From: an uncultured Candidatus Saccharibacteria bacterium
GTDB lineage: Bacteria > Patescibacteriota > Minisyncoccia > Phycocordibacterales > JAKFXT01
DNA: 64,000 bases
Reading direction: 5' to 3'
NCBI GenBank assembly: GCA_964385825.1
Contig: CAYLPX010000001.1
Location: 271,959-335,958 of the forward strand
Shown here: positions 8,859 through 18,531 of the stretch, piece after piece
How positions within the stretch are numbered: position 1 is the first letter of the stretch
How the letters are laid out: each line of letters starts with the position of its first letter
Program-made: the position numbers and the translations under genes
Notes under the pieces: generated by a model
Databases searched by the model: none
What the model saw: only the letters and a program-made list of their open reading frames with translations
Told to the model about the DNA's origin: nothing

Positions 8859-9506
8859 ATGCTCTCCCACCTCATAGCACAATTACAGATAATGATTAGC
8901 ACTTATGGGGCTATTGGGGTATTTATCGCAGCGCTTACAGAAGAGGTCATAGCCCCCATTCCTTCAACACTTGTTGCTATGATTGCAGGTTTTTTCCTTA
9001 TTCCTGCACAATCATCACTCCTTTCTGCTGCTCTAGTCGGTATCATTAAAGTCGCTATACCTATGGCACTAGGTATTAGTTTGGGTTCACTACTCTTCTA
9101 TGGAGTAGCCTACTACGGTGGTAAACCCCTACTTGAAAAATATGGCAGATGGTTCGGTCTTTCATGGAAGAACGTTGGGGCTGCTGAAAAAAAGTTTGCC
9201 AAAAACCGTCGAGGTGAAGTAGCACTATTTCTCATGCGAGCTACCCCCTTCTTTCCAAGCGTTGCTATTTCTACCTTCGCAGGACTGATCCGTTATCCTG
9301 TTAAAAGATTCTTCATAATTTCACTTCTGGGGAGTGCAACGCGTTCACTTATAGTGGCGCTCATTGGCTGGCAACTACGCGACGCCTATCTGAAAATTGC
9401 TGACACCCTCGACCACCTTGAAAGCTTTGTTATGGCCGCTATCATATTTGGAGTGGCGGCATACATCGTTTTCAAAATGACTCGTAAAAAAGGAGCTATT
9501 GACTAA
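8859..9506 (+). CDS. DedA / VTT-domain (SNARE-associated) membrane protein
   Basis: Multi-TM protein with DedA-like motifs (EEVIAPIP, FLMRATPFFP). Confidence 0.75.
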   Translation: MLSHLIAQLQIMISTYGAIGVFIAALTEEVIAPIPSTLVAMIAGFFLIPAQSSLLSAALVGIIKVAIPMALGISLGSLLFYGVAYYGGKPLLEKYGRWFGLSWKNVGAAEKKFAKNRRGEVALFLMRATPFFPSVAISTFAGLIRYPVKRFFIISLLGSATRSLIVALIGWQLRDAYLKIADTLDHLESFVMAAIIFGVAAYIVFKMTRKKGAID

Positions 9507-9597
9507 AAGTATAAAAATTAGTATAAAATAGTCTGATCTGCTCTTTCCAGACTTTGCGAGAGCGGTCTTTTTTATTTACCCACAACTGGAGGTAGCC

Positions 9598-10230
9598 ATG
9601 CAGGGAAAAACAACTGCCGGCCAATCGGCTGGCAAGAAGGACATGGGGGCGCTGTTTGCCTCGCTCAAAGCCGGGGACATGTTGATGATTCCCTGCAACG
9701 AGTGTGGCGAGGCCCATACCCACGATTTTGCCGTTCTCAAGACCGAGCAGCACGACGGCGGAATCAAGATCTGGATTTCAAACCCAAACCCCGGAAAGCA
9801 TCATCTGCTCATGCCAGGGGTCAACCCTCTGTCGTGGGAGGCGGACAAGAAGATCATCTTGGACCGGGATGGTGACGAGTTCCCACTCGAAACCGGTGAC
9901 TTCCAGATCGAACGCGAGGCGGCCATGGCGGCTTACCAGAAACACATGGCTCTGCCGAAAATCCGCTGGCCGAAAGCGAAGATCACGAAAGACGACATCA
10001 ATACCGCACTCGAGGAACTCAAGCCGGGAAACATCGTCGATCAGATCCTCAACATGGCGGAGAACGGTGAATTGAAGACCACCGGGGAAATCGCGGCGCT
10101 GACTCTTGCCAATCTCGGCACCGAACCGACGCCAACATTGGTGGCCGCCGTGCTCAGCGTCAGCTTCCTTCTCAAGGAAATCGGGGAAGCGGCTGAGCTT
10201 TCGGTCAGGGTCGTAAGGATCCGCATGTAA
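9598..10230 (+). CDS. Hypothetical protein in GC-rich mini-island A
   Basis: ~60% GC versus ~40% in flanks, GGAGG ribosome-binding site 6 nt upstream, own terminator; CNECGEAH cysteine pair; no family recognised. Confidence 0.55.
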   Translation: MQGKTTAGQSAGKKDMGALFASLKAGDMLMIPCNECGEAHTHDFAVLKTEQHDGGIKIWISNPNPGKHHLLMPGVNPLSWEADKKIILDRDGDEFPLETGDFQIEREAAMAAYQKHMALPKIRWPKAKITKDDINTALEELKPGNIVDQILNMAENGELKTTGEIAALTLANLGTEPTPTLVAAVLSVSFLLKEIGEAAELSVRVVRIRM

Positions 10231-10247
10231 TCTGCCTCACGACGATC

Positions 10248-10275
10248 AAAGCCCGGCGCCAGCCGGGCTTTTTTT
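10248..10275 (+). terminator. Intrinsic terminator (gcccggc-GCCA-gccgggc followed by T7)
   Basis: Perfect GC stem plus T-run. Confidence 0.8.
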
Positions 10276-10285
10276 ATTTCTTATT

Positions 10286-11065
10286 TTATCGTTCTAAATT
10301 CTTTCGCAACACCACAAATGGTTCTTGCCCGTATGGATCCTTCCAGAACTCTACCTGCCAAGGGTGACCGGAATCTTCCACCATTTTTAAAATACGATCA
10401 TGCTGGTAAAAGTCAGCTTCCATATACAGTGTTCCTACTTCAGTAAGTAAATCCCAACCTTTAGTAATAATATAATTATGAAAATATGCCCCACCATCTG
10501 CAGCAAAGAAGGCTAGATGAGGTTCATAGTCCCGCTGTTCCGGATCAAGGTCCTTAAGTGCCTCGGGCGGAATATATGGTGGGTTAGCAACTATGGCATC
10601 ATACTGTCCGGTTAATCCGTCAAAACCATCAGCTGTAAATACTTTCACTCGACTCTTCTCTATATTATTCAGCTCCACACTTTTTTCTATTTGCTCTTTA
10701 AGATCGGGTTGGAGTTCTGATATCTCAACGTAAGAAGTGGGCAAATTCACAAGTAGTGCGAGTCCGATGCAACCTGAGCCAGAAAAGGTGTCCGCGAGGC
10801 GCAGTCGCCTCGCGGACTTTCTTTCAACTTCTTTTAACTCTCCAATTGCCCGCTCCACCCAAAAGGCAGTCTCCTCACGCGGAATCATCGGGTGATGTGA
10901 AAGATCTACCTTAGCCCCCAAAAAATCAACCACACCGAGCACATAAGCAAGCGGTTCTCCACTCTCTAGGCGCGCCACATCCTTTTTAAATTCTGCCCTA
11001 TCCGCATTCCCCCCATACTTAATAAGCTTCACCTGCTCTTTAGCACCCTCTAGATCGTAATACAT
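10286..11065 (-). CDS. prmC: Release-factor glutamine N5-methyltransferase PrmC/HemK
   Basis: NPPY motif (VANPPYIP) and GEPLAYVLG...F motif; start at the internal Met because the upstream part of the ORF covers a terminator hairpin at 11096-11125. Confidence 0.8.
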   Translation of the reverse strand: MYYDLEGAKEQVKLIKYGGNADRAEFKKDVARLESGEPLAYVLGVVDFLGAKVDLSHHPMIPREETAFWVERAIGELKEVERKSARRLRLADTFSGSGCIGLALLVNLPTSYVEISELQPDLKEQIEKSVELNNIEKSRVKVFTADGFDGLTGQYDAIVANPPYIPPEALKDLDPEQRDYEPHLAFFAADGGAYFHNYIITKGWDLLTEVGTLYMEADFYQHDRILKMVEDSGHPWQVEFWKDPYGQEPFVVLRKNLER

Positions 11066-11169
11066 ATTAAAATAGCTTACCGTATTACGGAAACGAAAAA
11101 CAGCCCCAGAGGGGCTGTTTTTCGTGCACTCCATGTGCTTTAAAGAACAAAAAGAACTAAATCAAAAAA

Positions 11170-11946
11170 TTAATTATCAGTCTTGGCTCCGTTATTGCGG
11201 TGCATCTTGCTATGCCCGCGCCCCTCCATCATGCCTGGATTTTTAGTTATAACGATAACCTTAGTCGCTGTAACTGTGGTACCTGCAGCATCCTTTGTTC
11301 CTTCAACTATAACTCGTGCGCCAGACACTACTGCAGTGATAGAAGAAGTTACCCCATCTTTCATAAAGACGGTATTACTTCCGGTCACCACATTAACGAG
11401 CGTTGTTGGAATAGTAGCTACTGTTGTAGTGCTACCCTTCATATGTGGGAGAAACGCATGACTTGCAACTGTAAAGTTTGTCCCAGTTACAGTGCTTACC
11501 GTGCCCATCACTCCCTTTGGAGCCATGATTGATGGCTTACCACCCTCAACTCCACGCGGGCCACCCACACGAATACTAGTAGCTGTAATGGTGGTTCCAT
11601 TAAGTGTTCCTTCAACTACGATCATGTTATTTACCGCTAGATCACTTAGTGCAGCTGCTTTATTTTTACCCTTAAGTATCTTGGCATTAGCCGCATCCAC
11701 GGTGTACGTAGTATTGCTTTTACCAACAATAGTAATACTGGTTCCGTTAATGGCTGTAATTTTGCCAAAAGCCGTAGGAGCTGTGTGCCCTAAGGTGCCC
11801 TTCATGTGCTTCATGAAAGAACCGCCAGTATTTTGAGATGAAGACGAATCTTCTGCTGCAAAAGCAGAGCCAGTAAGCATGGCCGAAATCGCAAGTGTTC
11901 CTGCGAGAATGGCTGTTTTATTTCTAGATAATTTTTTTTGTTTCAT
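11170..11946 (-). CDS. Secreted Thr/Val/Gly-rich protein with tandem internal repeats
   Basis: Signal peptide MKQKKLSRNKTAILAGTLAISAMLTGSAFA; repeated VxVEGT...TTxTAT...V blocks. Confidence 0.55.
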   Translation of the reverse strand: MKQKKLSRNKTAILAGTLAISAMLTGSAFAAEDSSSSQNTGGSFMKHMKGTLGHTAPTAFGKITAINGTSITIVGKSNTTYTVDAANAKILKGKNKAAALSDLAVNNMIVVEGTLNGTTITATSIRVGGPRGVEGGKPSIMAPKGVMGTVSTVTGTNFTVASHAFLPHMKGSTTTVATIPTTLVNVVTGSNTVFMKDGVTSSITAVVSGARVIVEGTKDAAGTTVTATKVIVITKNPGMMEGRGHSKMHRNNGAKTDN

Positions 11947-12171
11947 AGATATTGTTATGTAAGTAAGGAATGTTTCAGTTACTGATAAACTAGTAAATCC
12001 ATTAAACACAAACGGGCGCCAACGACCCGATCCTTTGCACCTGCAAAGAGGCGGTTACTCGCTTGTACTCATACTACGCAGCAGAGCACAACATTGGTGC
12101 TATCCACACTCCATAATTTTGTTTTGTAATTAAAAGCACATACTTAAACTATTATTCATCAATTAATTTTT

Positions 12172-12633
12172 ATGTTTCAAATAATTAGTCCATCTGCAGT
12201 GTTCATAGCCTCAATTGCTGCCTACTTGTTCGGCTGGGCTTGGTATTCACCAGTACTTTTCGGTAATACGTGGATGAATCTACTTGGTAAAACTAAAGAG
12301 AAGATGGCAGAGGCCAAAAGTGACATGATGCGAGTTATGGCTTATGGCTTCCTCGTTACTGTAATTACCGCCTACGGTATTGCTGTATTCCTTGCACTTA
12401 CGGAGCCACAAACCCTAATGGGAGCACTCCAAATCGGTATCTTACTTTGCTTTAGCTTCGTGGTGACAACTAAGTTCACTGAGCTTATCTATGAATCAAA
12501 CGAGCCTCATTGGAGCCGCAAGCCTCAAGAATTATTCTTTATTAGTGCCGGGTACCAAGTTGGCAGCTTCATGATCATGACTGCTGTTATTTGGTATGTT
12601 TCTTATGCTGGGATTATTCCTGGATTAATGTAA
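12172..12633 (+). CDS. DUF1761-like membrane protein
   Basis: AAYLFGWAWYSPVLFGNTWM motif; 4 TM segments. Confidence 0.55.
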   Translation: MFQIISPSAVFIASIAAYLFGWAWYSPVLFGNTWMNLLGKTKEKMAEAKSDMMRVMAYGFLVTVITAYGIAVFLALTEPQTLMGALQIGILLCFSFVVTTKFTELIYESNEPHWSRKPQELFFISAGYQVGSFMIMTAVIWYVSYAGIIPGLM

Positions 12634-12638
12634 GGGGA

Positions 12639-12682
12639 TCAAAAACTCCCCCGCAAAGCTTTGCTTTGCGGGGGAGTTTTCT
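12639..12682 (+). terminator. Intrinsic terminator (aaaactcccccgcaaagc / gctttgcgggggagtttt)
   Basis: 18-bp perfect stem with flanking A/T tracts. Confidence 0.75.
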
Positions 12683-12696
12683 GTAGTATCAGTTTT

Positions 12697-13902
12697 ATGC
12701 GTATTTTAGCCATAGAAACATCTTGTGACGAGACGGCTATAGCCATTCTAGACATTAGCGGGGATACAACTAATCCTACTGTCAAAGTCCTAGGTAATGC
12801 CCTACTCTCACAGATTAATATCCATAAAGAATATGGTGGGGTTTTTCCTATGCTTGCTAAACGTGAACACACTCGCGTAATCACCTCCCTACTTAAAAGT
12901 TCCCTGAAGGAAGCCGAACTTCTAAAGGAATACGTTGCGGAAATTGAAGAGGGTACAAAAGCAGAAATAAAGAAACTTTTAGAAAAAGAGGAGGGGCTTA
13001 GTACAGAACTACTTACCTTACTTGAAAATACAGAGAAGCCCGCTATTGAAGCTATTGCGGTAACCCATGGCCCAGGACTTGAACCAGCACTTTGGGTGGG
13101 AGTGAATTTCGCAACTGCGCTTTCCTTAGCATGGGAACTCCCCCTTATTCCGATTAACCATATGGAAGGACATATTCTTTCTTCCCTTTTAGTTAAAGAC
13201 TCTGGGGAGTACAAACTACCCACACCTTCTTTCCCCCTTCTTGCGCTTCTTATTTCTGGCGGACACACAGAGCTAGTGCTGATGGAAACCTGGGGGACGT
13301 ACAAAGTCATTGGTGAAACAAAAGATGACGCGGTCGGCGAAGCCTATGACAAAGTGGCCCGCATGCTAGGACTCCCATACCCAGGAGGACCAGAAATAAG
13401 TAAGTTAGCTGAAATAGCTCGCACAGAAAAGAAGGCAGGTACCGAATTCAAATTACCAAGACCCATGCTTCACAGTGATGATCTTAATTTTTCTTTTGCC
13501 GGACTTAAAACAGCAGTACTTTATACCGTAAAGAAAATCCCTGAATTAACAGAGACTATTAAGAAAGCATTGGCTCTGGAGTTTGAAAATGCTGTAGCTG
13601 AAGTTTTTGCCAAAAAAGTAGAGAAAGCACTGGAGGAAACAGGGGCACAGACATTTATTGTTGGTGGCGGGGTATCGGCTAATAAAAATATCAGAAAAGT
13701 TCTAAGCGAAATGATGCAAGAAAAATTTCCTGAAGTATCTTTCTACATTCCTGAAGCCAAACTCACTACCGACAACGCCATTATGATAGGCCTTGCTGGC
13801 TACACCCGATTTAAGGGAACACTTACCCCGAAAGAATTGAGGGGTCAAAACAATTTACCGAGTGCTTCTGCTATCAAAGCAGTGGGTAATTTAAAATTAT
13901 AA
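12697..13902 (+). CDS. tsaD: tRNA N6-adenosine threonylcarbamoyltransferase TsaD (Kae1/YgjD family) with a ~60-aa charged insertion
   Basis: MRILAIETSCDETAIAI N-terminus, HMEGHI, GGGVSAN; Glu/Lys-rich insert between the conserved blocks. Confidence 0.85.
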   Translation: MRILAIETSCDETAIAILDISGDTTNPTVKVLGNALLSQINIHKEYGGVFPMLAKREHTRVITSLLKSSLKEAELLKEYVAEIEEGTKAEIKKLLEKEEGLSTELLTLLENTEKPAIEAIAVTHGPGLEPALWVGVNFATALSLAWELPLIPINHMEGHILSSLLVKDSGEYKLPTPSFPLLALLISGGHTELVLMETWGTYKVIGETKDDAVGEAYDKVARMLGLPYPGGPEISKLAEIARTEKKAGTEFKLPRPMLHSDDLNFSFAGLKTAVLYTVKKIPELTETIKKALALEFENAVAEVFAKKVEKALEETGAQTFIVGGGVSANKNIRKVLSEMMQEKFPEVSFYIPEAKLTTDNAIMIGLAGYTRFKGTLTPKELRGQNNLPSASAIKAVGNLKL

Positions 13903-14012
13903 AGGTTTCTTGTATTAAAAATACAAGCTAGTAAACCTGCATTAGCTCCTCGGCTCGGAAATAAAAGAGGTTACTTTTTTATTTCTCTCGCTCTACGTCG
14001 CGAATAAAAAAC

Positions 14013-14043
14013 AGCCCAAGCGCTCCCGCGCTTGGGCTGTTTG
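14013..14043 (-). terminator. Intrinsic terminator of the GC-rich lipoprotein gene (cagcccaagcgc-TCCC-gcgcttgggctg)
   Basis: 12-bp perfect stem; A6 on the plus strand gives a T-run on the minus transcript. Confidence 0.75.
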
Positions 14044-14057
14044 CATCCGGACCACCC

Positions 14058-14657
14058 CTACGTTCGCTTCGGCTGTCGGCTGGAGAGGTAAAGCCAAACG
14101 GCGAAGCCTCCGGCAGCAAAGCCGAAGACGAGAGTGGCCACGGCTAGGCCAAAACCACCGACCATCGCCTTGAATTCAGGAGTGAAAACATCCACCCTAT
14201 TTTCAACCGGCGGAGCCGAGGTGAGGGATGTTGTCATCCCTTGCGGCAGTCGCGCTTCGAGCTTGTACTCATTGCTGGTAGGAGCTCCCTCGCCATCCGC
14301 GCTGTCGCCCGCCTTCGCTCCCTTCGCCGAGGAGCCGCCGCCCACGGTCACGTGGTCAATGAAGAAGGTGTAGTGGGTTTCCCCCACCTTCCTGGCAGCA
14401 CTGGTTTCCCAGCCCGCCTTCGGGGCTTTCTGCACCACCTTTTTCCTCGGGTAGACGTCGACGACGTAAGGCGCCGACAAAACCGAGGCTGCGGGGGCTT
14501 TTGCCACCGGAGGTGGGACGGGCTCACTCGGCTGGAATTCGTACGCCGCCGAAGGTGCCGCACGCCGGGTATCCCCGACGGAACCCATCTTGCTGGGACC
14601 GGCACCGGAACAGGCCGCAAGTATCGCGGCCAAAAAGACCGCCAAAAGACTGCGCAT
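14058..14657 (-). CDS. Lipoprotein with C-terminal TM anchor, GC-rich mini-island B
   Basis: ~62% GC with high GC3; GGAGGA ribosome-binding site 7 nt upstream of MRSLLAVFLAAILAAC (lipobox LAAC); Ala/Pro-rich. Confidence 0.6.
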   Translation of the reverse strand: MRSLLAVFLAAILAACSGAGPSKMGSVGDTRRAAPSAAYEFQPSEPVPPPVAKAPAASVLSAPYVVDVYPRKKVVQKAPKAGWETSAARKVGETHYTFFIDHVTVGGGSSAKGAKAGDSADGEGAPTSNEYKLEARLPQGMTTSLTSAPPVENRVDVFTPEFKAMVGGFGLAVATLVFGFAAGGFAVWLYLSSRQPKRT

Positions 14658-14823
14658 GGTGAATCCTCCAAGCAACCCCTACAAGGATTGCTTACAAAAA
14701 AAGAAAAGGTGTTGTAGCACCGTCTAGAGAATAAATTACCACTAAAATACAGAAAGTCAATGGTCTCTCTCTAAGCTAAAAACCTCGCAGGTAAGCCATT
14801 TTTTTGATATTCTTTGGAGTACT

Positions 14824-16959
14824 ATGGATGAAAAATTCCTCAAACCGTATAACGGATCTGAAGTTGAACCCCGCATATATAAAGCGTGGGAGGAATCTGG
14901 CTACTTCAACCCAGACAAACTCCCTGGTGAGCGGAGTGAAGCATATACCATCATTATGCCCCCACCGAATGCTAATGGGTCACTCCACGCTGGGCATGCT
15001 GTATTCGTAACTATTGAAGACCTGCTTATACGCTATAACCGTATGAAGGGCCTTAGGACCCTATGGCTCCCAGGAGCTGACCATGCTGGCTTTGAAACAC
15101 AGGTAGTGTATGAGAAAAAACTAGAGAAAGAGGGTCGCTCACGTTTTGAAATGACGCCAGAGGAACTTCGTGCGGAAATACTAGAATTCACCCTTGCTAA
15201 TAAAACCTTCATGGAAGGACAACTTAAGGCACTCGGCGCATCATGCGACTGGTCGCGTGAGAAGTTTACCCTGGACAAAGACATAGAAAAGGTTGTGTAT
15301 GGAACTTTCAAACAACTTCATGACGACAACCTTCTTTATCGTGGTAAACGTATTGTGAACTGGTGCGCCAAACACCAAACATCGCTTTCCGAGCTTGAAA
15401 CCGAATACAAAGAAAAGTCAGATCCCTTCTACTATTTCAAATACGGACCCTTCACCATCGGTACCGCGCGACCTGAAACAAAGTTCGGTGACAAGTATGT
15501 GGTGATGCATCCAGAAGACAAGCGCTATATGGAATATGCAAACGGACAAATGATTGAGCTGGAATGGATCAATGGACCTATTACTGCCACCATTATCAAA
15601 GACGAAGCTATCGACATGGAATTCGGTACGGGTGTTATGACCATTACTCCATGGCATGATGAAGTGGATTTTGGTATTGCCGAGCGCCATGAGTTAGATA
15701 AAGAACAAGTCATAGACCTGCGTGGTAAACTTTTGCCTATTGCCGGAGAGTTCGCTGGCATGAAAATAGCAGAGGCTCGCGGCAAAATAGTTGAAAAATT
15801 AAAAGAAAAGGGGCTACTGGTAAAAGTAGACGAAGTCTACAAGCATAATGTAAAAGTTTGCTACAAATGTGAGCAAACTATTGAACCACAAATACTCCCT
15901 CAATGGTTCGTAAAGATGAAACCACTTGCAGACGCGGTACTGGAGCGTATTGAAAATGACGAAGTAGCTTTCTATTCCGACAATTACAAAAAGATTTTGG
16001 TTAACTGGCTCACCAACATTACCGACTGGAACATTAGCCGCCAGATAGCGTGGGGTATTCCTATCCCCATAAAGTTTTGTGATGCTTGTGATACGTCATA
16101 TGTTGATATAGAAGATACACTCACGACTTGCGAGCACTGCCAGGGCGAACTACGCAAAGAACAAGATACCTTTGATACTTGGTTTTCCTCTGGTCAGTGG
16201 CCATTTGCCACTCTTGGCTACCCCAATAGTGAGGACTACCGAACTTTTTATCCCACACAAGTGATGGAAACTGCAGGTGACATCATCTTCTTCTGGGTGG
16301 CGCGCATGCTCATGCTTGGACTTTACCGGACTGGACAACTCCCCTTCACTACCGTATACCTCCACGGCACCGTGACGGCACGTGATGGCAAAAAAATGTC
16401 TAAGTCTAAGGGCAATGCGACCAGCCCCCTTGAACTAACTGAAAAGTATGGCACTGATGCCCTACGTATGGCCCTCATTATCGGCAACACTCCCGGAACA
16501 CCCACCGCACTTTATGAAGAGAAAATAAAAGCCTACAAACTCTTTGCTAACAAAATCTGGAACATCACCCGCTTTATTCTTACTAGCAACAAGGGAGTTG
16601 ATCTGCATGAGAAGCCAACGCTTACTGGTGGATCTGTTGACATCATGGCTCAGCTAGCAGAACTTATTCGTGACGTAACACTTGATATTGAAAACTATCG
16701 TTTTTACTTAGCTGGTGAAAAACTCTACCATTATGTGTGGCACACCTTTGCTGATGTGATACTAGAATCATGTAAAGATGAACTCAAAAATGGGACACCA
16801 GAGAAAAAATATGAAGTACAGTGGCTTCTCAACCACATACTCACCGTAGTCCTAAAACTCCTACACCCCTTCATGCCCTTCATAACCGAAGAAATTTGGA
16901 GTAGCTTACCCACAGAAAACAAACAAATGCTCATCGTGGAGCCTTGGCCTACGGTATAA
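14824..16959 (+). CDS. valS: Valine--tRNA ligase, short form without C-terminal coiled-coil
   Basis: HIGH-type motif (LHAGH), KMSKS, ValRS-specific DTWFSSGQWPF. Confidence 0.9.
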   Translation: MDEKFLKPYNGSEVEPRIYKAWEESGYFNPDKLPGERSEAYTIIMPPPNANGSLHAGHAVFVTIEDLLIRYNRMKGLRTLWLPGADHAGFETQVVYEKKLEKEGRSRFEMTPEELRAEILEFTLANKTFMEGQLKALGASCDWSREKFTLDKDIEKVVYGTFKQLHDDNLLYRGKRIVNWCAKHQTSLSELETEYKEKSDPFYYFKYGPFTIGTARPETKFGDKYVVMHPEDKRYMEYANGQMIELEWINGPITATIIKDEAIDMEFGTGVMTITPWHDEVDFGIAERHELDKEQVIDLRGKLLPIAGEFAGMKIAEARGKIVEKLKEKGLLVKVDEVYKHNVKVCYKCEQTIEPQILPQWFVKMKPLADAVLERIENDEVAFYSDNYKKILVNWLTNITDWNISRQIAWGIPIPIKFCDACDTSYVDIEDTLTTCEHCQGELRKEQDTFDTWFSSGQWPFATLGYPNSEDYRTFYPTQVMETAGDIIFFWVARMLMLGLYRTGQLPFTTVYLHGTVTARDGKKMSKSKGNATSPLELTEKYGTDALRMALIIGNTPGTPTALYEEKIKAYKLFANKIWNITRFILTSNKGVDLHEKPTLTGGSVDIMAQLAELIRDVTLDIENYRFYLAGEKLYHYVWHTFADVILESCKDELKNGTPEKKYEVQWLLNHILTVVLKLLHPFMPFITEEIWSSLPTENKQMLIVEPWPTV

Positions 16960-16983
16960 TTAAGGGAGCGAAGTGAACACTTA

Positions 16984-17016
16984 CTCCGCAAGGATTGGCT
17001 TCCAATCCTTGCGGAG
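16984..17016 (+). other. Perfect 15-bp stem hairpin (ctccgcaaggattgg-cttc-ccaatccttgcggag) between valS and the prsW-like gene
   Basis: Perfect inverted repeat with no T-run; possible terminator, attenuator or processing site. Confidence 0.6.
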
Positions 17017-17034
17017 CGCTTCCACAAAAATAAA

Positions 17035-17754
17035 ATGCCCCATCTATCTCCACTCACCTTCTTACTTGCGTTCCTAGGAGGTATTCTTCCTGCATTTCTA
17101 TGGTTAGTATTTTGGCTTCGCGAAGATAGACTTGACCCCGAGCCTCGCGATCTCCTAATTGCCACCTTTGCTGCTGGCATGGTAGCAACTCTCGTTGCCC
17201 TTATTACTGAAGGGGTATTACGAACTAAGTTCCCCAGCTTTGCCACAGACCAAGAGTTAAGTCAGATAGGCCTTATCCTTTGGGCGGGAGTAGAAGAGTT
17301 AGCCAAGTTTGGGGCCGCTTTTTTCATTGTCCTCAAACGACGAGAAAATGATGAGCCAATCGATAACATGATTTATCTAATTACCGCGGCGCTCGGATTC
17401 GCAGCCCTTGAAAACGCACTTTTCCTCCTTGACCCACTTTCCAAAGGTTATTACTTCAAAACACTTATAACCTCAGATATGCGCTTCCTCGGTTCAACTC
17501 TCCTTCATGTCGTATCCTCAGCTACCGTGGGTATAGCTATGGCTTTTGCATTTTGCAAACTTCCTCATATTCGCACACGATACACCGCAATCGGCCTTGT
17601 CCTCGCAACTGTATTGCATACACTCTTTAACTTATTTATACTTAGAAGTAGCGACAATCTTATTTCTGTCTTTGTAGTTCTCTGGGTTGGCGTCATTATT
17701 TTGCTTTTGTTCTTTGAGCGCGTAAAGCGTATCAACAAAAGCTGTGTCTACTAA
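17035..17754 (+). CDS. PrsW-family intramembrane metalloprotease
   Basis: EExxK (VEELAK), FxxxE/N (FAALEN), conserved His; multi-TM. Confidence 0.6.
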   Translation: MPHLSPLTFLLAFLGGILPAFLWLVFWLREDRLDPEPRDLLIATFAAGMVATLVALITEGVLRTKFPSFATDQELSQIGLILWAGVEELAKFGAAFFIVLKRRENDEPIDNMIYLITAALGFAALENALFLLDPLSKGYYFKTLITSDMRFLGSTLLHVVSSATVGIAMAFAFCKLPHIRTRYTAIGLVLATVLHTLFNLFILRSSDNLISVFVVLWVGVIILLLFFERVKRINKSCVY

Positions 17755-17760
17755 TACTTT

Positions 17761-18228
17761 ATGATGGAAAAACCAAAAAGATCTTTTTTTGACCGCCTAA
17801 CTGGGGTTGTAAATATGGACCATGAGCACGATGAAGATACCGAGGAGACTGAGGCTACGACTGAATCCTCTACTGCCTGGATGGATGAGGATAATGCCGT
17901 GGGTCAGCTCAATGTCGACGTCTACCAAACCCCCGACGCCATCTATATCAAAGCTTTTGTGGCCGGTGTAAAGCCAGAAGATTTAGATATCTCTATTACC
18001 CGTGATTTGGTAACCATTAACGGGAAAAGACTTGAGGACACCACTATCAAAGAAAGCGATCACTTCTTAAGCGAGCTATATTGGGGTGAGTTTGCTCGCT
18101 CTATAGTCCTTCCGGCTGAAATAGAAGCTGACGAAGCCGAAGCTTCCGAGCGGCATGGGCTTCTTGTTATTAAACTCCCTAAGATAGATAAAGACAAACA
18201 AACCCGTCTTCGCGTCAAAGCAAACTAA
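17761..18228 (+). CDS. Hsp20 / alpha-crystallin family small heat-shock protein
   Basis: Alpha-crystallin domain (VDVYQTPDAIYIKAFVAGVKPEDLDISI...VTINGKR); acidic N-terminus. Confidence 0.85.
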   Translation: MMEKPKRSFFDRLTGVVNMDHEHDEDTEETEATTESSTAWMDEDNAVGQLNVDVYQTPDAIYIKAFVAGVKPEDLDISITRDLVTINGKRLEDTTIKESDHFLSELYWGEFARSIVLPAEIEADEAEASERHGLLVIKLPKIDKDKQTRLRVKAN

Positions 18229-18233
18229 CACCT

Positions 18234-18524
18234 ATGGAATACGACGGAATAACTTTTAAAGAAGATGCTCCGCCACCAAGCGAAGCAATACTTGAAGCAC
18301 AAGCAAAAAAAGATACTAGCCTTGCAAGCTGGCTAGTAAAACATGGGATCGCAAAAGATGAAGCTGTAGCTAAAAAAGTCTTATTTATTGGAACTATCGT
18401 CTTTTTCGTTTTGGCTTTTGTGCCCTTCTTATACACCGGAATTACATTACTTCACCCACGCCCTCTTTTTGATAAAGATACTGGCTCAGCCTTCACTAAC
18501 AAGCCTCCCTATGCAGCCTTCTAA
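18234..18524 (+). CDS. Hypothetical small membrane protein
   Basis: 96 aa with one TM helix. Confidence 0.4.
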   Translation: MEYDGITFKEDAPPPSEAILEAQAKKDTSLASWLVKHGIAKDEAVAKKVLFIGTIVFFVLAFVPFLYTGITLLHPRPLFDKDTGSAFTNKPPYAAF

Positions 18525-18531
18525 TACTAAA

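Noticed and set aside
12639-13310. 223-aa minus-strand ORF antisense to tsaD
   Set aside because: Ser/Ala/Pro-rich low-complexity translation opposite a well-conserved gene.
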